51,754 nucleotides of DNA from the NCBI GenBank assembly GCA_008632985.1, contig QPGO01000030.1:372001-423754 (forward strand), written 5' to 3'. Both the position numbers and the translations under genes were made by a program. Below are positions 35,867 through 47,744 of this stretch, piece by piece. How positions within the stretch are numbered: position 1 is the first letter of the stretch; each line of letters begins with the position of its first letter. This DNA comes from Psammoneis japonica (lineage: Eukaryota). Below the pieces are notes generated by a model. That model saw only the letters and a program-made list of their open reading frames with translations. It was not told where the DNA came from and searched no databases.

Positions 35867-37256
35867 TCAAACGTTTTCCTCTTTGCCCGATGCTCTTTTC
35901 TCAGCTGCAGCTAACCTTGCAGCTCTCGCCTCGGAAGAAGGTGGGCGACGACCAGCACCCCCAACTTTCCGCCCCCCAGAAGAGGGAAACTCTGATGCGG
36001 CCTCGGGAGAATCGGGTGGGTTAGTTCTTCCCGGTGCTCTCCAACCACCTGCTGGTGGTTGCGCCACAGTGGCACCTTGTTCACTTGTCTCGCTACCAAT
36101 GGTTTGAGCAGCTCTTTGCAAAAAACTAAATCCACCAGCACCCTTTCAAGTAGTGAATTCAGAATTAGCACAACGCTCGAGCAAACCGGAAAACAGTAAG
36201 AACGCACTCACCTCGGATTGGTTTGACCAGGCTGCAGAACCAGTTGCAGCGTGCCCCACTACCCATCCCTGCCTCCGTGTAAAGTTAACAAGGACAGATT
36301 CTTCCCACCGGTTAATTCTTGATTGGCCGACTTTCAAGAAGTCAAGACGTCCCTTTCTGTGCGTCGTCGAGATAAGCAGCAACGCAAACTTCAGATATGG
36401 CTAAAGCCTGCATTTTAGGAAGAACGCACTTGTGCATGCAATAGTTGAAACTTACCCGTAGGCATATCCAATGCCAGCCGATATGCAGTAAGCCATGTTG
36501 AATCCTCCAAGAAGACAAAAAAGAGCGAGAAGAGCGACTGGGTAGTAGACGGTGGGTACGTCAAAGAAGAATAAACGTCTCTGTGAATCAGTCGGTGCTG
36601 AGACGCATTCAATTGCAATTAGTCCAAACAAAATCGTCCATATTCCAACGGATGGACGGAAAAGCCAAGACTCTATGTTGGAGTGAATTGAAGAGGAGAA
36701 AATTATATTAATATATTGTATGTAAGAAAAGAACAACGAGAGTAAGTCACATCCAAATCAATTATTCATGCTCACCTTCACCAGTAGCATAGTGAAATGC
36801 GACGCAGACGATTAGAAACGCTACATTAGTAACAACCCCAATTGTTAATAAAAGCCAGCCGAAGGCACCAGATCCCATGCTGAACTCCATGACCTTGCCA
36901 CTAGTAACAAAAGACATGTAAGCAAACACCAGCGTCAGGAGACTTTGACAAATCAGAGGAGCGACAACAATCCGATAGATTTCGAACTGAAAAACTGTAA
37001 ATTTGGGTATGTTTCCCATCGCGAAGGTACAATCCACAAACCAGGAAAGAAACCCTGAACGAAACGAAAAGAACGAAAAAGGGGCAATGGAAAGGTTGAG
37101 CGAGTCTTGTTTGTGACGGATGCCTGAACAAAAGGGCTACTCACATGAAAACGTAAGTGTCGTCATCGCGTATCGAGTAACCAACGGGGTATTCTTGACA
37201 AAATCTTCATAACCAGTTAGCACTGGATTTGGTGGAGGCGGTTGGCTCGAAGACAT
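35867..37256 (-). CDS. Rhomboid-superfamily/derlin-like membrane protein, probably catalytically inactive, with C-terminal p97-binding motifs
   Basis: Segments NTPLVTRY, FEIYRIVVAPLI, EFSMGS, GIWTILF and VPTVYYPVALL. C-terminus has FPSSGGRKVG and RAARLAAAEKR. Several introns; exon limits not fully resolved. Confidence 0.7.
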
Positions 37257-37601
37257 GATGAGGGAGCTGTACTTCTCTTTGCTATATTCAGTTCAGTAGA
37301 CTAGCAGACGAGTGTTTCATCATCTCCTGCCGATCGAATGGCATCGTTGACAACCCCAACACGCCACCTGTGCTTGTGCACTCGCAGCACTCTGCACGCT
37401 CCTTCGGCTTTGCGGGGCAGGTGCGACACAGCACAGACGTGACGGATGCTCATGAATGCATTTTGGATTCAGTGCACTCAGCACTCAACATTGCCCATAC
37501 ACAGCCACACGAGCGCACTGGCGAAACAAAAAAGAGACGACATGGATACATTCCTATGATTATTTGTATGATTCCCAAAACAAGACAAGGATTCACCTAA
37601 G

Positions 37602-37958
37602 ATGACGACGGAGCACGTGAGTAAAGAGCTGTTTGAGAAGGCGGCGTCGATTATCGCTGACTCGAGCGTGAAGCCTGTTAGAAGTGCTACATTTGGTGAA
37701 AAATGTAGGTTGTACGGTCTCTTCAAGCGAGGTACCGTTGGAAAATTATCGCCTCCTTTCGACGAGGATGATGTCGACACGGACAAGAGGCCAACTTCAC
37801 GCCCTGGAATATTCAAGGTGGATGCTCGTGCCAAGTATGACGCGTGGGCAGAAGCCGATAAGCTTTCGAAACAAGAAGCTCGTGACGCGTATGTTAAACT
37901 TGCGGAGGAACTGGTCGGGCCTCCCGTCACGGAAGCTATTCAAGCCGCAAGCAAATGA
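37602..37958 (+). CDS. ACBP: Acyl-CoA-binding protein
   Basis: FEKAA...LYGLFKRGTVG...RPGIFKVDARAKYDAW...SKQEARDAYVKL. Confidence 0.9.
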   Translation: MTTEHVSKELFEKAASIIADSSVKPVRSATFGEKCRLYGLFKRGTVGKLSPPFDEDDVDTDKRPTSRPGIFKVDARAKYDAWAEADKLSKQEARDAYVKLAEELVGPPVTEAIQAASK

Positions 37959-38067
37959 GATCTGAGTTCAGCAGTTGGCTCATGCTAAAGCGAAGGATGT
38001 TAGATTTCGATAAGTTAAATGTTTAATGTAGAGGCCAAAGTGAGTTTTCTACTACTGTACAGTTATC

Positions 38068-41000
38068 CTATATAACACTGTATTTGTGACCTCCACTGCC
38101 GAGGCCACGCGTCCCGACTCTCAGTGTCTCTTCGTTGAGTAAACGACGAATTTCAACCACACACTTCTGAAGGATCGTCTCGCTGGTGGCTTCTAAATGA
38201 AGATAGAGCTTTCTTTCTCCCTCTCCTGGAGTTCGATTCGGACCAAAGTATTCGCCTTTCAATGTGACCGCAGTCTGGAACTCGTCCTGAAGACGCGAAG
38301 TTGTTTCTTTCTGCGTAACTTTCCATCTAGCTTCTCTTGGATACTCGTTGATTTCAAACTCCTGAACAAAGTGATTGGGCCCCATCTGAATGGCACGACC
38401 AAGAGTCCCATCTGTCTCGTCGCCATCCTTTGCCATACCGGCCTTCTTCATAATAGCATCGTGCATTCCCGGCAGAGAAAGCAGCTGTGCCGAGAGCTTC
38501 GCCCCTAGTAGCGGCGCGTCACTCTTCGTACCGGATTCCTCGGCGTCAGTGGTGTCATCCATTTTTCCAGCTGAAACTCCTGACTTGGTGTTATCAAGGA
38601 CTGGATCTTCGTCTTCTGGATCAAGGAGTCCCGCCTCAATCAGAGCTTGCCGCTTCTCGAGGCGAGCAAGCTTTTGCGCGTCATTCATTTCAGAAGAATC
38701 GTACGAGTATCCTTTTCCTTTGAACCCCGACCCAGCCCACTTCGCTTCTCCCTTCTTCACTTTCTCCTTGAAGGAGTCCGAGAGTTCCTTGAGAGCTGGA
38801 GCAATATTTTCGGACTGACCAGCTTCGCTAAGAGCGCGAACAATGCTTGGGGCGAACTTTGCTTCGTCAGTCGAATTCACAAAGGTATACGCGACGCCCT
38901 TGTTTGACGCTCGTCCAGTCCTTCCAACCCTGTGGACATAATCTTCCAAATGGTTTGGAGAAGAATAGTTGATCACACAAACACACGACGGAACATCTAA
39001 ACCGCGCCCCGCCACGCTAGTGGCAACCAACACATTCGGACCATCGTTTCGCTTGAAATCAGATATGGTCGAATCACGATCTTCCTGTTCTTTACCTCCA
39101 TGCAGTGAAAGGGAGGGGTACCCGCACCGAAGGAGCTGCTCAAACACATTGTCACATCGCACCTGCGTATCGACAAAAACAATGACTTTCTTGGCTTCGT
39201 CAACGTGATCTCCAAGCAGCTGTAGGAGACGCAAGAATTTTTCGTCCTCTTCGACCACCTCGGCGTATTGGGTAATTGAATCAGAAGCTACCGAACGGCC
39301 TCCCACAATAACCTCTATAGGATATTTGAGAGACTTGCGGGCGAGACTTTCAACCGATTTTGGAAATGTTGCGGAGAATAGCACAGTTTGGCGGTCTGGT
39401 CGAACTGCAGCCAGAATGGCTCCAATCTGCGGGGCAAAGCCCATGTCAAACATTCTGTAGTTGGAGCGAACAAGTGGAGTGATGTGAGTGCTTTCTCATG
39501 CACATGGAAAGAATCGGCAAATTCATGACTTACCTGTCAGCTTCGTCCATAACGACGTATGTTACGCGATGTAACGAAAGAATTTTACCAGACTGCATGG
39601 TTAGAATATCAATCATTCTACCCGGAGTTGCCACAGCAATGTGCGTTCCCCGCTTCAAGTCAGCAATCTGTTCTGCAACTGCGGTTCCTCCATACACCGC
39701 CGTCGACCTGTTGAGAAACACAAGAAAGCAGAGGATTAGTCACAACTGAACAAACGAAAGCAAAGGAAAGAAGACAAAGAGCAGCGTCGGTCTCGAAGTA
39801 TGTCGACTAGTTCAAGGTTCGCACGCCCATGAGCCGACACCAACTTCCATGCATCAAGAAAAGAACGGCTGCCTCGTTAGAGATTTACGCTCCTTCATCG
39901 GCCTATGATTCAAAATGTTTCACTCACTTTATACCCAAATGCTTAGCAAAAACTTTACAAACGGAATGGATCTGGGCTGCGAGTTCTCGTGCAGGAGCAA
40001 GGATGAGGCCGATGGGTCCAGATTCGTGCGGTCCCAGCGGGGGCTGATCGCCGATGTGCCTCAACATTGGGAGGAGATAGGCCAGAGTCTTCCCACTGCC
40101 TGTTTTGGCTATTCCAATCACATCCCGTCCAGCCATTATGCAAGGTAGGCACTGTGCCTGAACGGGATACGGTGCTTCGATTCCTTGTTTCGTCATGATA
40201 CTAATGATTTTCTCAGAAAGTGCACACTCTTGAAACGTAGATACAGGCGCCGGCGCGCCCTGACCCCGGACTTTGACCTTGAGCTTCCCTCGGCGATCAG
40301 CAACTTCGTCACTCGAAAGATTCGCCAGCGATCGAGGAACAATATACAGGTTCTTCTTGAACGGAATGTAATCCATCTTTGAATGGTCTACTGCCTTTAG
40401 TTCCTTTTTCTTGTTTAGCTCTGCAAGCACTTCAAGTGCATCAGGCGCGGCCATTGCAGCATCAAGATTCCGTTCAGCCTCCTCCATGACGCCACCCTCT
40501 GCATCGTTGTACAACCTTCCGGTATCCGGAGCAGAGGCAGCTGCAGCAGCTTCTCTGGCTGCCTCTGCTTCCCGCTCAAGTTGCTTCAGTCGTTCTTCCC
40601 GCCTATGCTTCTCACTCTTGACTTCTGCTGCTAGCTGCGCTGGTCGATTTGTGCCTGCATTCTCTTCTTCTTCTGCAGCAAGCGGCCCCGGTGCTGATTT
40701 TAGGGCCTCGATCAGAGCTTGTCTGGCCTTTCCTCGTCTTCATCCTCTGGCTCACTGGATGACGCAGCATGAGCGTCGCTTTCCCAGTCACTAGCAGTGA
40801 AAAGAGAATCTGGATTTTTCATGGTACCGGAGCTTGGTGTAAACTGAGCGAGTTGCTCGGGAGTAATGACCCCGCCAGAAACAGGTGACGGAATCGGTGG
40901 ATGAGATGCCATATTCGTCCTCATCATGGACCCTGAAACATTCACAGATAGCCTAAGCGCCGGTATGCCATCTGCTTGCTGGCTTGTGACACTTCCCATT

Positions 41001-41455
41001 TCTCCGCTTTGCAGCTTATCCATAAATGTGTCTAGTGCATCATCCATGGTCACGTCAGACACACCAAAAGGCGGAGTTGATTCGGAGGGACCAGCGTCCC
41101 ACCGCTTCGTTCTTCGCCGCTTACGCGGCTGATCTACCTGTTTTTCCTGTCCCCATGTGTCTTCTCCTGTTCCTTCATCGTCGTCGTCATTGTCTAAGTC
41201 AAACCCCATAGCTCGACTTCCTCTCTTTCGCGGCCGTTCCTCGACTTCTTCATCGTTGTCTCGGTCATCCTGAAAGGGATTGTCCTCCACTTTGCGCTTC
41301 GGTCTTCTTTTGCTTTCCTTCTTCTTGCCTCCCAACGAAAGCGAAACTTTCACAGTGGGAGCGGTAGGAGGTACTGGTGACGTTTGCTTCTGCCTCTTTC
41401 TCCAGGCCTCGAGACGTTTGCGTTTGCGCTCAGCAGCAGAATCCGCGTCCGTCAT
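38068..41455 (-). CDS. DDX46: DEAD-box RNA helicase DDX46/Prp5
   Basis: [10 protein letters not shown]-terminus, [51 protein letters not shown] and C-terminal EINEYP...LYLHLE. Two introns. One apparent 1-nt deletion at ~40729. Confidence 0.92.
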
Positions 41456-41460
41456 GGCCA

Positions 41461-41823
41461 GTCAGTCGGTCCGCTTGAAGCTGAACAAATTGTACGGTAG
41501 GCGAGCTTTCGGTCGTTTCAATCTTCTTTCAACGACTTCGATAAGGACGAAGATGCCACCCAGTATGGTATTTCTCTCTGTCTCAACGACTCCTTCCAGA
41601 GTTGAGGAGCGGAGTCAGTCGGTCGTTTTATGTTGCGCTTTCGTCAGTCGGTCCGCTTGAAGCTGAACAAATTGTACGGTAGGCGAGCTTTCGGTCGTTT
41701 CAATCTTCTTTCAACGACTTCGATAAGGACGAAGATGCCACCCAGTATGGTATTTCTCTCTGTCTCAACGACTCCTTCCAGAGTTGAGGAGGAGTCAGTC
41801 GGTCGTTTTATGTTGCGCTTTCG
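41461..41823. repeat. Tandem duplication (182/180 bp) immediately upstream of the DDX46 start codon
   Basis: Copies start at 41461 and 41643 (GTCAGTCGGTCCGCTTGAAG...) and differ by a 2-nt indel. Confidence 0.92.
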
Positions 41824-41859
41824 TTGCTGGTCTCTCGTCGCGAGGAGTCGCGATAGTAC

Positions 41860-44800
41860 CATGTTGTTTGGTGGTTTGGGGTCGCTGCTCGCTGCTCGCT
41901 CGCGCGTTGCGCGCAGGATGGGGCGGGTCTGCCATTCTTCCAGAGCCCCGTGGTTCTTGTCACGAGATGTCGGCATGTGGGAAGAATGAAAGAGGTGGCC
42001 GCCGGAGGCGGCCCAGAAGAATAAACTGAAAAGGAGAAAGGAAAAGAGAGAGAGGAAAAGAAAGGAAAAAGGAGAAAAACAAGAGAAGACGTTGTGGGGC
42101 TGTCAACTTGCGGCCCTTGGCTAGGCTTCTGCCCGCAAAGCAGCTTGTCTGTGACTTGAGGTGCTGCGGTTTTACACGCTTGGCAGCAAAGCTCCCACAG
42201 CATGCTGGAGAACTGCAGAGTTGTGCCAGTCTTTGGCACAGCTTGACAGCGGCATCTTTTGTGAGGAGCGCTTGCTGCCAGCCCATCATGGCTTTTTGGG
42301 CAGCTTGTTTTCCAAGCCTTGCCCCACCAGCTTGGTGGCCACTGCCGCGGATCTGTGTCTTCTTTGTTCTCCAAAATTCAGTGCACACTTTGGCGGGTTT
42401 GGCCCCAGCGCTGTGTCCAAACAATTCTCTGAAGTTTCCAAGTGAGAAAACGCAGTGTCGTCCTCTTTAAAAGATCTTCACAAAGATCCCTGGCAACAAG
42501 CACTGGCCTTCCCCACCCATGCTGTCAGAAGTGCCTGCCTTGACAAATTCACAGCATCTCTCCCAAAGCATCTGTGGATGCTGTGCCCAAATTTTGGCCT
42601 CATGCGTCACAAAATCTTGAGAGAATTTGCGAGATTCACCCCATCACGTGCCGCCACCTTTGGATTTCCAGTGCAGCCATGGCTTCTGCAGCAGGCTGTT
42701 AACAAACATGCAAGCAAGTTCCCACTGGGACCTCAAATTGACCTGCAGCCTTCTTCATTCCGGCTGCACCCCTGCTTGAATTCTGGGTGGCCAGCTGAGC
42801 AAAACCTGGCTCTGTCTGTGTTTCTCAGTTCATGTTTCTGGCTTTGTCACATGCGGTGCAAAGTGCCCTCAGGAAAATGCTTGTGGTTGTGCTTGCCCAA
42901 TGCTGTCCCATCAGCCAGTGCCTTGTGGCGCAGCCCAATGCTTTGCTTGCCAGCTCTCCACTGCAAGCTCCTTGTGGCTGGTCTGGTGTCTTCAAGAAGC
43001 AAACCACACCCCATTTTTGCCCAAAGAGGGGGGGAAATCAGACCGATGCACATGCCTGAAAGACACCCTGTGTCATCAGGAGGTTCCACGATGAAAACGA
43101 GTGAGACGAATGAACAACACCACATCAGCTGCAACGTGTAAAGTGGGAGCGAGATTTTGCGAGCGGTTTTCTGTTGTCTTGGTTGTTGCGAGTGTTGCGC
43201 GAAGCCTTGTTGATGTCGAATCTATGCCACAACATGCTGACTTTGTACGCCACAAAACTTCAAAAATTTGTTGCTTTTGCACTGGGTCTACGCCACTGGG
43301 CGCATGTAGAATCTTATATAAAAATCACGTACGCCACTGTGGTACAAAATTTGTGTACACCCTGAACCATTCTACGCCACTAGTGACGTAGGCTCTGGTG
43401 TGTTTTTTACACTTCTGACTTGAATTTTTCCGTGTCGTGCAAGGGTTCCTTTCGGGAGGAGCCTGCGACACATCTGGCAACGAAAAAAGCAGACCATCAG
43501 AAGTCCCCATCTCCAGTGCTGGTGTGACCCTGTAGATTGGCTGCGGCGATGGGACCGACATTTATTTCAGGAGCATGGGTGGCATCACAGGGCGGGGCTC
43601 TGTGAGACGGTGAAGAGCCCTGGCCTGTGAAATTTTTTTGTCAGTGCAGCCTTGAAGAGTGGCCGTGCATGGCAGCAACATGAGCTGGATGTTTTGGGGG
43701 AGCACATCTCACCAGCCCCACCCAGCATGCAGAAAACAGCAGCTGCCAGCCTGCAACTGTGTGACAGCAGCTTTGATGCCACACCCACAGAAGTTGTGGT
43801 TGTTGGATTGCTCTGTGACAGCTCTGGAATGGCTTGCGAGCACTGGCTGTTTTTGGCCAGTGGCTCTGTGAAGCAAGTGCTCCCCCCCACCCTGCTGGCC
43901 AATGGTGGTTGGTGTGCTCTGTGGTCTGTGGCAGCTCTGCACTCTCCACCATGAGTCTCCTCTGATTGCATGCTTTCTGTCTCTCTGCAGAGAGGCTCCT
44001 CTTGTGGAATTTGGGCACACAGCACACACAACAAGAAAAAAAAACAACACATGACAACTCATCATCTCATCACAATCCTGTTGACACCAGCACAGCTTTG
44101 TTGCAGCACCGTCCAGCTGCCATTGTCAAATTTGACGCACAAGCTTGGTGCACCATTGGAGCAGAGAAAATTGTGGCTGCAGTCTTGCTCACAATTTTGT
44201 TGTCCAAGATTGACAACAAAGAGCCAGCACAAAATCTTGTCACTTTTTTGGGTGGCACTGATGATGTGCACTGTTGTGCTGCTGCCATCTCTGCTCCCAT
44301 CTGCTGCACCTTGCAAGCAATGTTGTGGAAGAATGTGCAAGCATCTTTTTGTTGCACCCCAGTGATGGCATTGCTGTTGTTTTTTTGTGGTGAAGGGATT
44401 GTTTTGGTCATTTTTGTGCTCACGACTCAGGTGCATGTGAGCTTGCTGGGGGCTCGCCTGACATTGTTCACATGGAAACAGTGCTCCTGTGGTGACAACA
44501 AAATGAGAAGCACCTTTGATGGTGCCAGTGGCATGATTTGTGCTGTTGATCATTGTGACAGCACCATCACTGCACAAATGACCTGGTGCTGAGGGTTTCA
44601 GCAAAAAACCTGCTGCCCAACATCTGCTGCTTTCAACCAACCCCAGTCTGGAGCACCACACAGCCTGCATGCAACCCGGCTGGCACAACATCTGCTGTGA
44701 TTCCACGACAGCCTCTTCAGCAGACAGAGAAGGCAAGCAAAGCAGAAAATTGTTGCACAATGGCTTGCAGTGGCAGAAAGCAGGTGGGCCCCACTTCACC

Positions 44801-45745
44801 AGCTTTGTTTTGTGGTGCACACAGCCAGCCAGGGGGGGATGCCAAATTGCATCTCACAACATGACAAAGTGCAAAATGCAAAAGACAACTGCCACACTTC
44901 TGCCACCTGCCATGCTGTGGACATGCACCAAAAGAAACACTGACAACTTGCCAACCACTTTCCACTTCAGTTCATTGCTTCTTCTTTTTCTTTGCTCCTC
45001 ACATCAGCCCCCCACCTCTCCAGGAGGACCTCTCCAGGACAAGGCTCTTCCTCTGCCCCCCCCTTCTCAGTGGCACATGCTTGTGACATGCAGACACAAC
45101 ACTGTGTGCCTTCATGAAAAGGGAGATGCTGAAGGGCACTTGTGTGGGTTCAAACCCCAGGCTTCTGTGTTTGTTTTGGTGTGTCCAGCTCCACTGCACC
45201 TGTCTGGCTTCTTGTGCATGGGTGCATTGACTGGTCTGTGACATTTCATTCTGTGCATTGAGCACACCTTGGCTCAGCAAAACAAAGGTGTGCATCCATC
45301 ATTGGCCTTGTTGCTGATGCTGAGGACTGGGTGGAGTTGCTGCTGTCAGCATTGCTGCCAGCTTGTCTGCTGGGTGTGTTGGCATTGTCAGACTTTTTCC
45401 AGCAAAACAAATGGCAGCCATCCAAAGTGCACCCCCAACACTGTCTCCCACACCTCTGACATGGCAGTCAACCCTTGCAAGAGTGTTGCGACAATGACGG
45501 GAAAGAAATGACTCGAGAGCAGAGACCACCAATCACTCTGGAAAACAGCAAGTCAAGGTGGGAGCCAAACAGGACACACAGGACAAAGAGCAAGGAAGTG
45601 TGCTGTGACATGTTTGTCAAGGAACAGAGAACCCACTCCATCTTCTCATGGATGAAAAAGGCTGAAAAGGGGCTCAATCTGAAGAAAACTCACAAGGACA
45701 TCAAAGTTCACCACCCAGCAAGTTTTTGCTCTTCAATGACGATGT
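41860..45745. other. TpA- and CpG-depleted hypermutated block 2 (unidentified decayed elements)
   Basis: No TA seen in 43565-45744, and CG is very rare there. TG/CA-rich. Tyr-free Cys/His-rich ORFs in all frames. Confidence 0.9.
43223..43398. repeat. TACGCCAC subterminal-type array ending in a near-palindrome; probable DNA transposon end
   Basis: TA(C/T)GCCAC at 43223, 43246, 43289, 43330, 43373. The last copy forms TACGCCAC-TA-GTGACGTA followed by GGCTCTGG. Confidence 0.65.
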
Positions 45746-46090
45746 AATCCATTTTGCGCCAATGGGCCAATCCTCTTCTTGTTGAAATGGCCCATGGTGA
45801 CACAACACAACAATGCTGACTGATCCACATTTTTCTTCCCCCATGCCCCATTTCGCCTTTCCGTGTTCTTGCTTGGTTATTCCAGATTTTGAAGGACCGA
45901 AATGTGCACACACACACGCACACATACACACACAGACAACGAAACATGCGCAAAGCCAAGAGAAGAGACGAGAAGAGGTGCAATGCTGTAATCTGTAATC
46001 TAACCTTACCGTTTCGCAAAGACCGATACGCAATCCATTTTTTACCTTTTTACCTACACCTTCTTGATTGACTTTCCAGGTCAACATAAA

Positions 46091-47150
46091 ATGACAAACT
46101 CTCTCTGGCCTCTGGGCGTTGCAATTTATCTTGGTGGAACTGTCGGCCAGGCCCTCGGGGCCAACCTGCAGCGAAAATCCTTGACAACTGAAATGGAACG
46201 GGCGGAAAAAGATCCAACTACCAACCAAAAGACAAGGCCCAGCAGAAAATGTGGGTGTTCGGAGTCGCACTGCTCGTGTTCTCTGGGATCTTTATGAGCT
46301 TTGCTTGTTTTTGCCAGTCAGACACTCCTCTCTCCTCTGCAGCTCTTTCTTTTGTCGCGAATGCTGTCTTTGCCAATTTGATCAACCACGAAGCGTTTGG
46401 ATGGCTCGGATGGGACGGAATCTATCTGCTGCTTGTTGTTCTTGGCGTCACCATGGCAATCGTGAGCGCTCCAAAACACACTGAAAGCTACACCAACGAT
46501 GAAATGTTGTTGCTCATGCATCAACCTGGCTTTATTGCCTTTTGGTATGTGGCCGGCTCCCTAATTTGCATCATGTATCTGGTACGAAGGTGCATTTTAT
46601 CAATGGGAGATACTTTGCGCCCCTGGCATGCCACTGTTCTCAACATGAGTTATGGAGCCATTGCAGGCGCCTTTGGAGGAATCAATGTTACCTTGACTAA
46701 GACCTTGTTCTCTTTAATTGTCGGGCAGTTTAAAGAGGGAGGCGTTTTGGGGATCTTGTTTTCTCCGTTGTTATGGGCAACGTCGATTGTGTTGGTGGGA
46801 ACCTATGTCTTGCAAATTGTCGTGACGGTGTCGGGGCTCGAAGAGGCAAGTGCCATTATTGTTATTTCGGCCAATGCGGTGACGGCGGAAGTGACCGCAG
46901 CGACGGGGGGATTTTGTATTTTCAGGACTATGAACGGTTTGATCCTTTTACTTGGTTCCTGTTTGTCGGTGGCAATGCGATCGCTATCGTCAGTGTCATT
47001 GGATTATCTCATCTCCGTGTGCGTGATGTACATGCTAGCAAGAGAGCTAATAGTATTATTCCACTGGATATGGAAGGAGGCGAGGTGTCGCTGCTTCCCA
47101 AGGACGCTGATTATTCGTACGGTGCGACAGTTGCGCCGAGCAGTGGCTGA
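46091..47150 (+). CDS. NIPA-like magnesium transporter (DMT superfamily), frameshifted in this sequence
   Basis: GQALGANLQRKS, MWVFGVALL, FASQTLLSPLQLF (shifted frame), GAFGGINVTLTK, QIVVTVSGL and GGILYFQDY. Needs about four single-base insertions, all in short homopolymers. Confidence 0.75.
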
Positions 47151-47744
47151 TTAGTCAAGAATGATTATCTGTCTTCGTTTTTCTGCATGTTGACAATCAC
47201 ACGGCAGTTTTGAGCCACTTGAAGGTGCTATGGTAAATTCAAACACGTTAGGATTTCTGTTTGGGTATTCAAAAAGTGCATGAACTAGTCTACACTGTGT
47301 ATTGTTTCGAACCTCATCCCCAGAACTAGGCGAGGGGCAAATATCTCCCAGTCGAAGCGATGGTGATGACGAGTCTTTCATTTCTGCGAAGAGTAACGTA
47401 TCTGACAGTCGTCCAATAGTACCTTTTGAACGCAACGACGAACCACCCACGGAGGTTAACGAGGAGGAGGCGGTGGGTCGGGATTGCCATTACGAATAAT
47501 AGCTCTAAGCTAGATAGCATTCATTACCCTACGAATAAAAGCTACTTTCCATCTGAACGTCTAGTACCTTTTGAAATGCTGAGTGCCATTACAAACGATA
47601 GCTCCAAACTAGATCATATTCCTTGCGAATAGAAGCTACTTTCCATCCAATCCACGAACAAATCGGAGACCCACCACAAACGTTCAAGCAAATTCGAACA
47701 TCGTGAGCAGTACTGTCGGATTCTCTAGGCAGCTGGCCTAGAGC

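Noticed and set aside
40712..40740. Programmed frameshift or split DDX46
   Set aside because: There is no slippery heptamer, and similar 1-nt homopolymer losses occur in neighbouring genes, so sequencing error is simpler.
41808..45750. Overlapping ORFs in block 2, including zinc-finger-looking Cys clusters
   Set aside because: Cys/His enrichment is expected from TG/CA excess. No family could be recognised.
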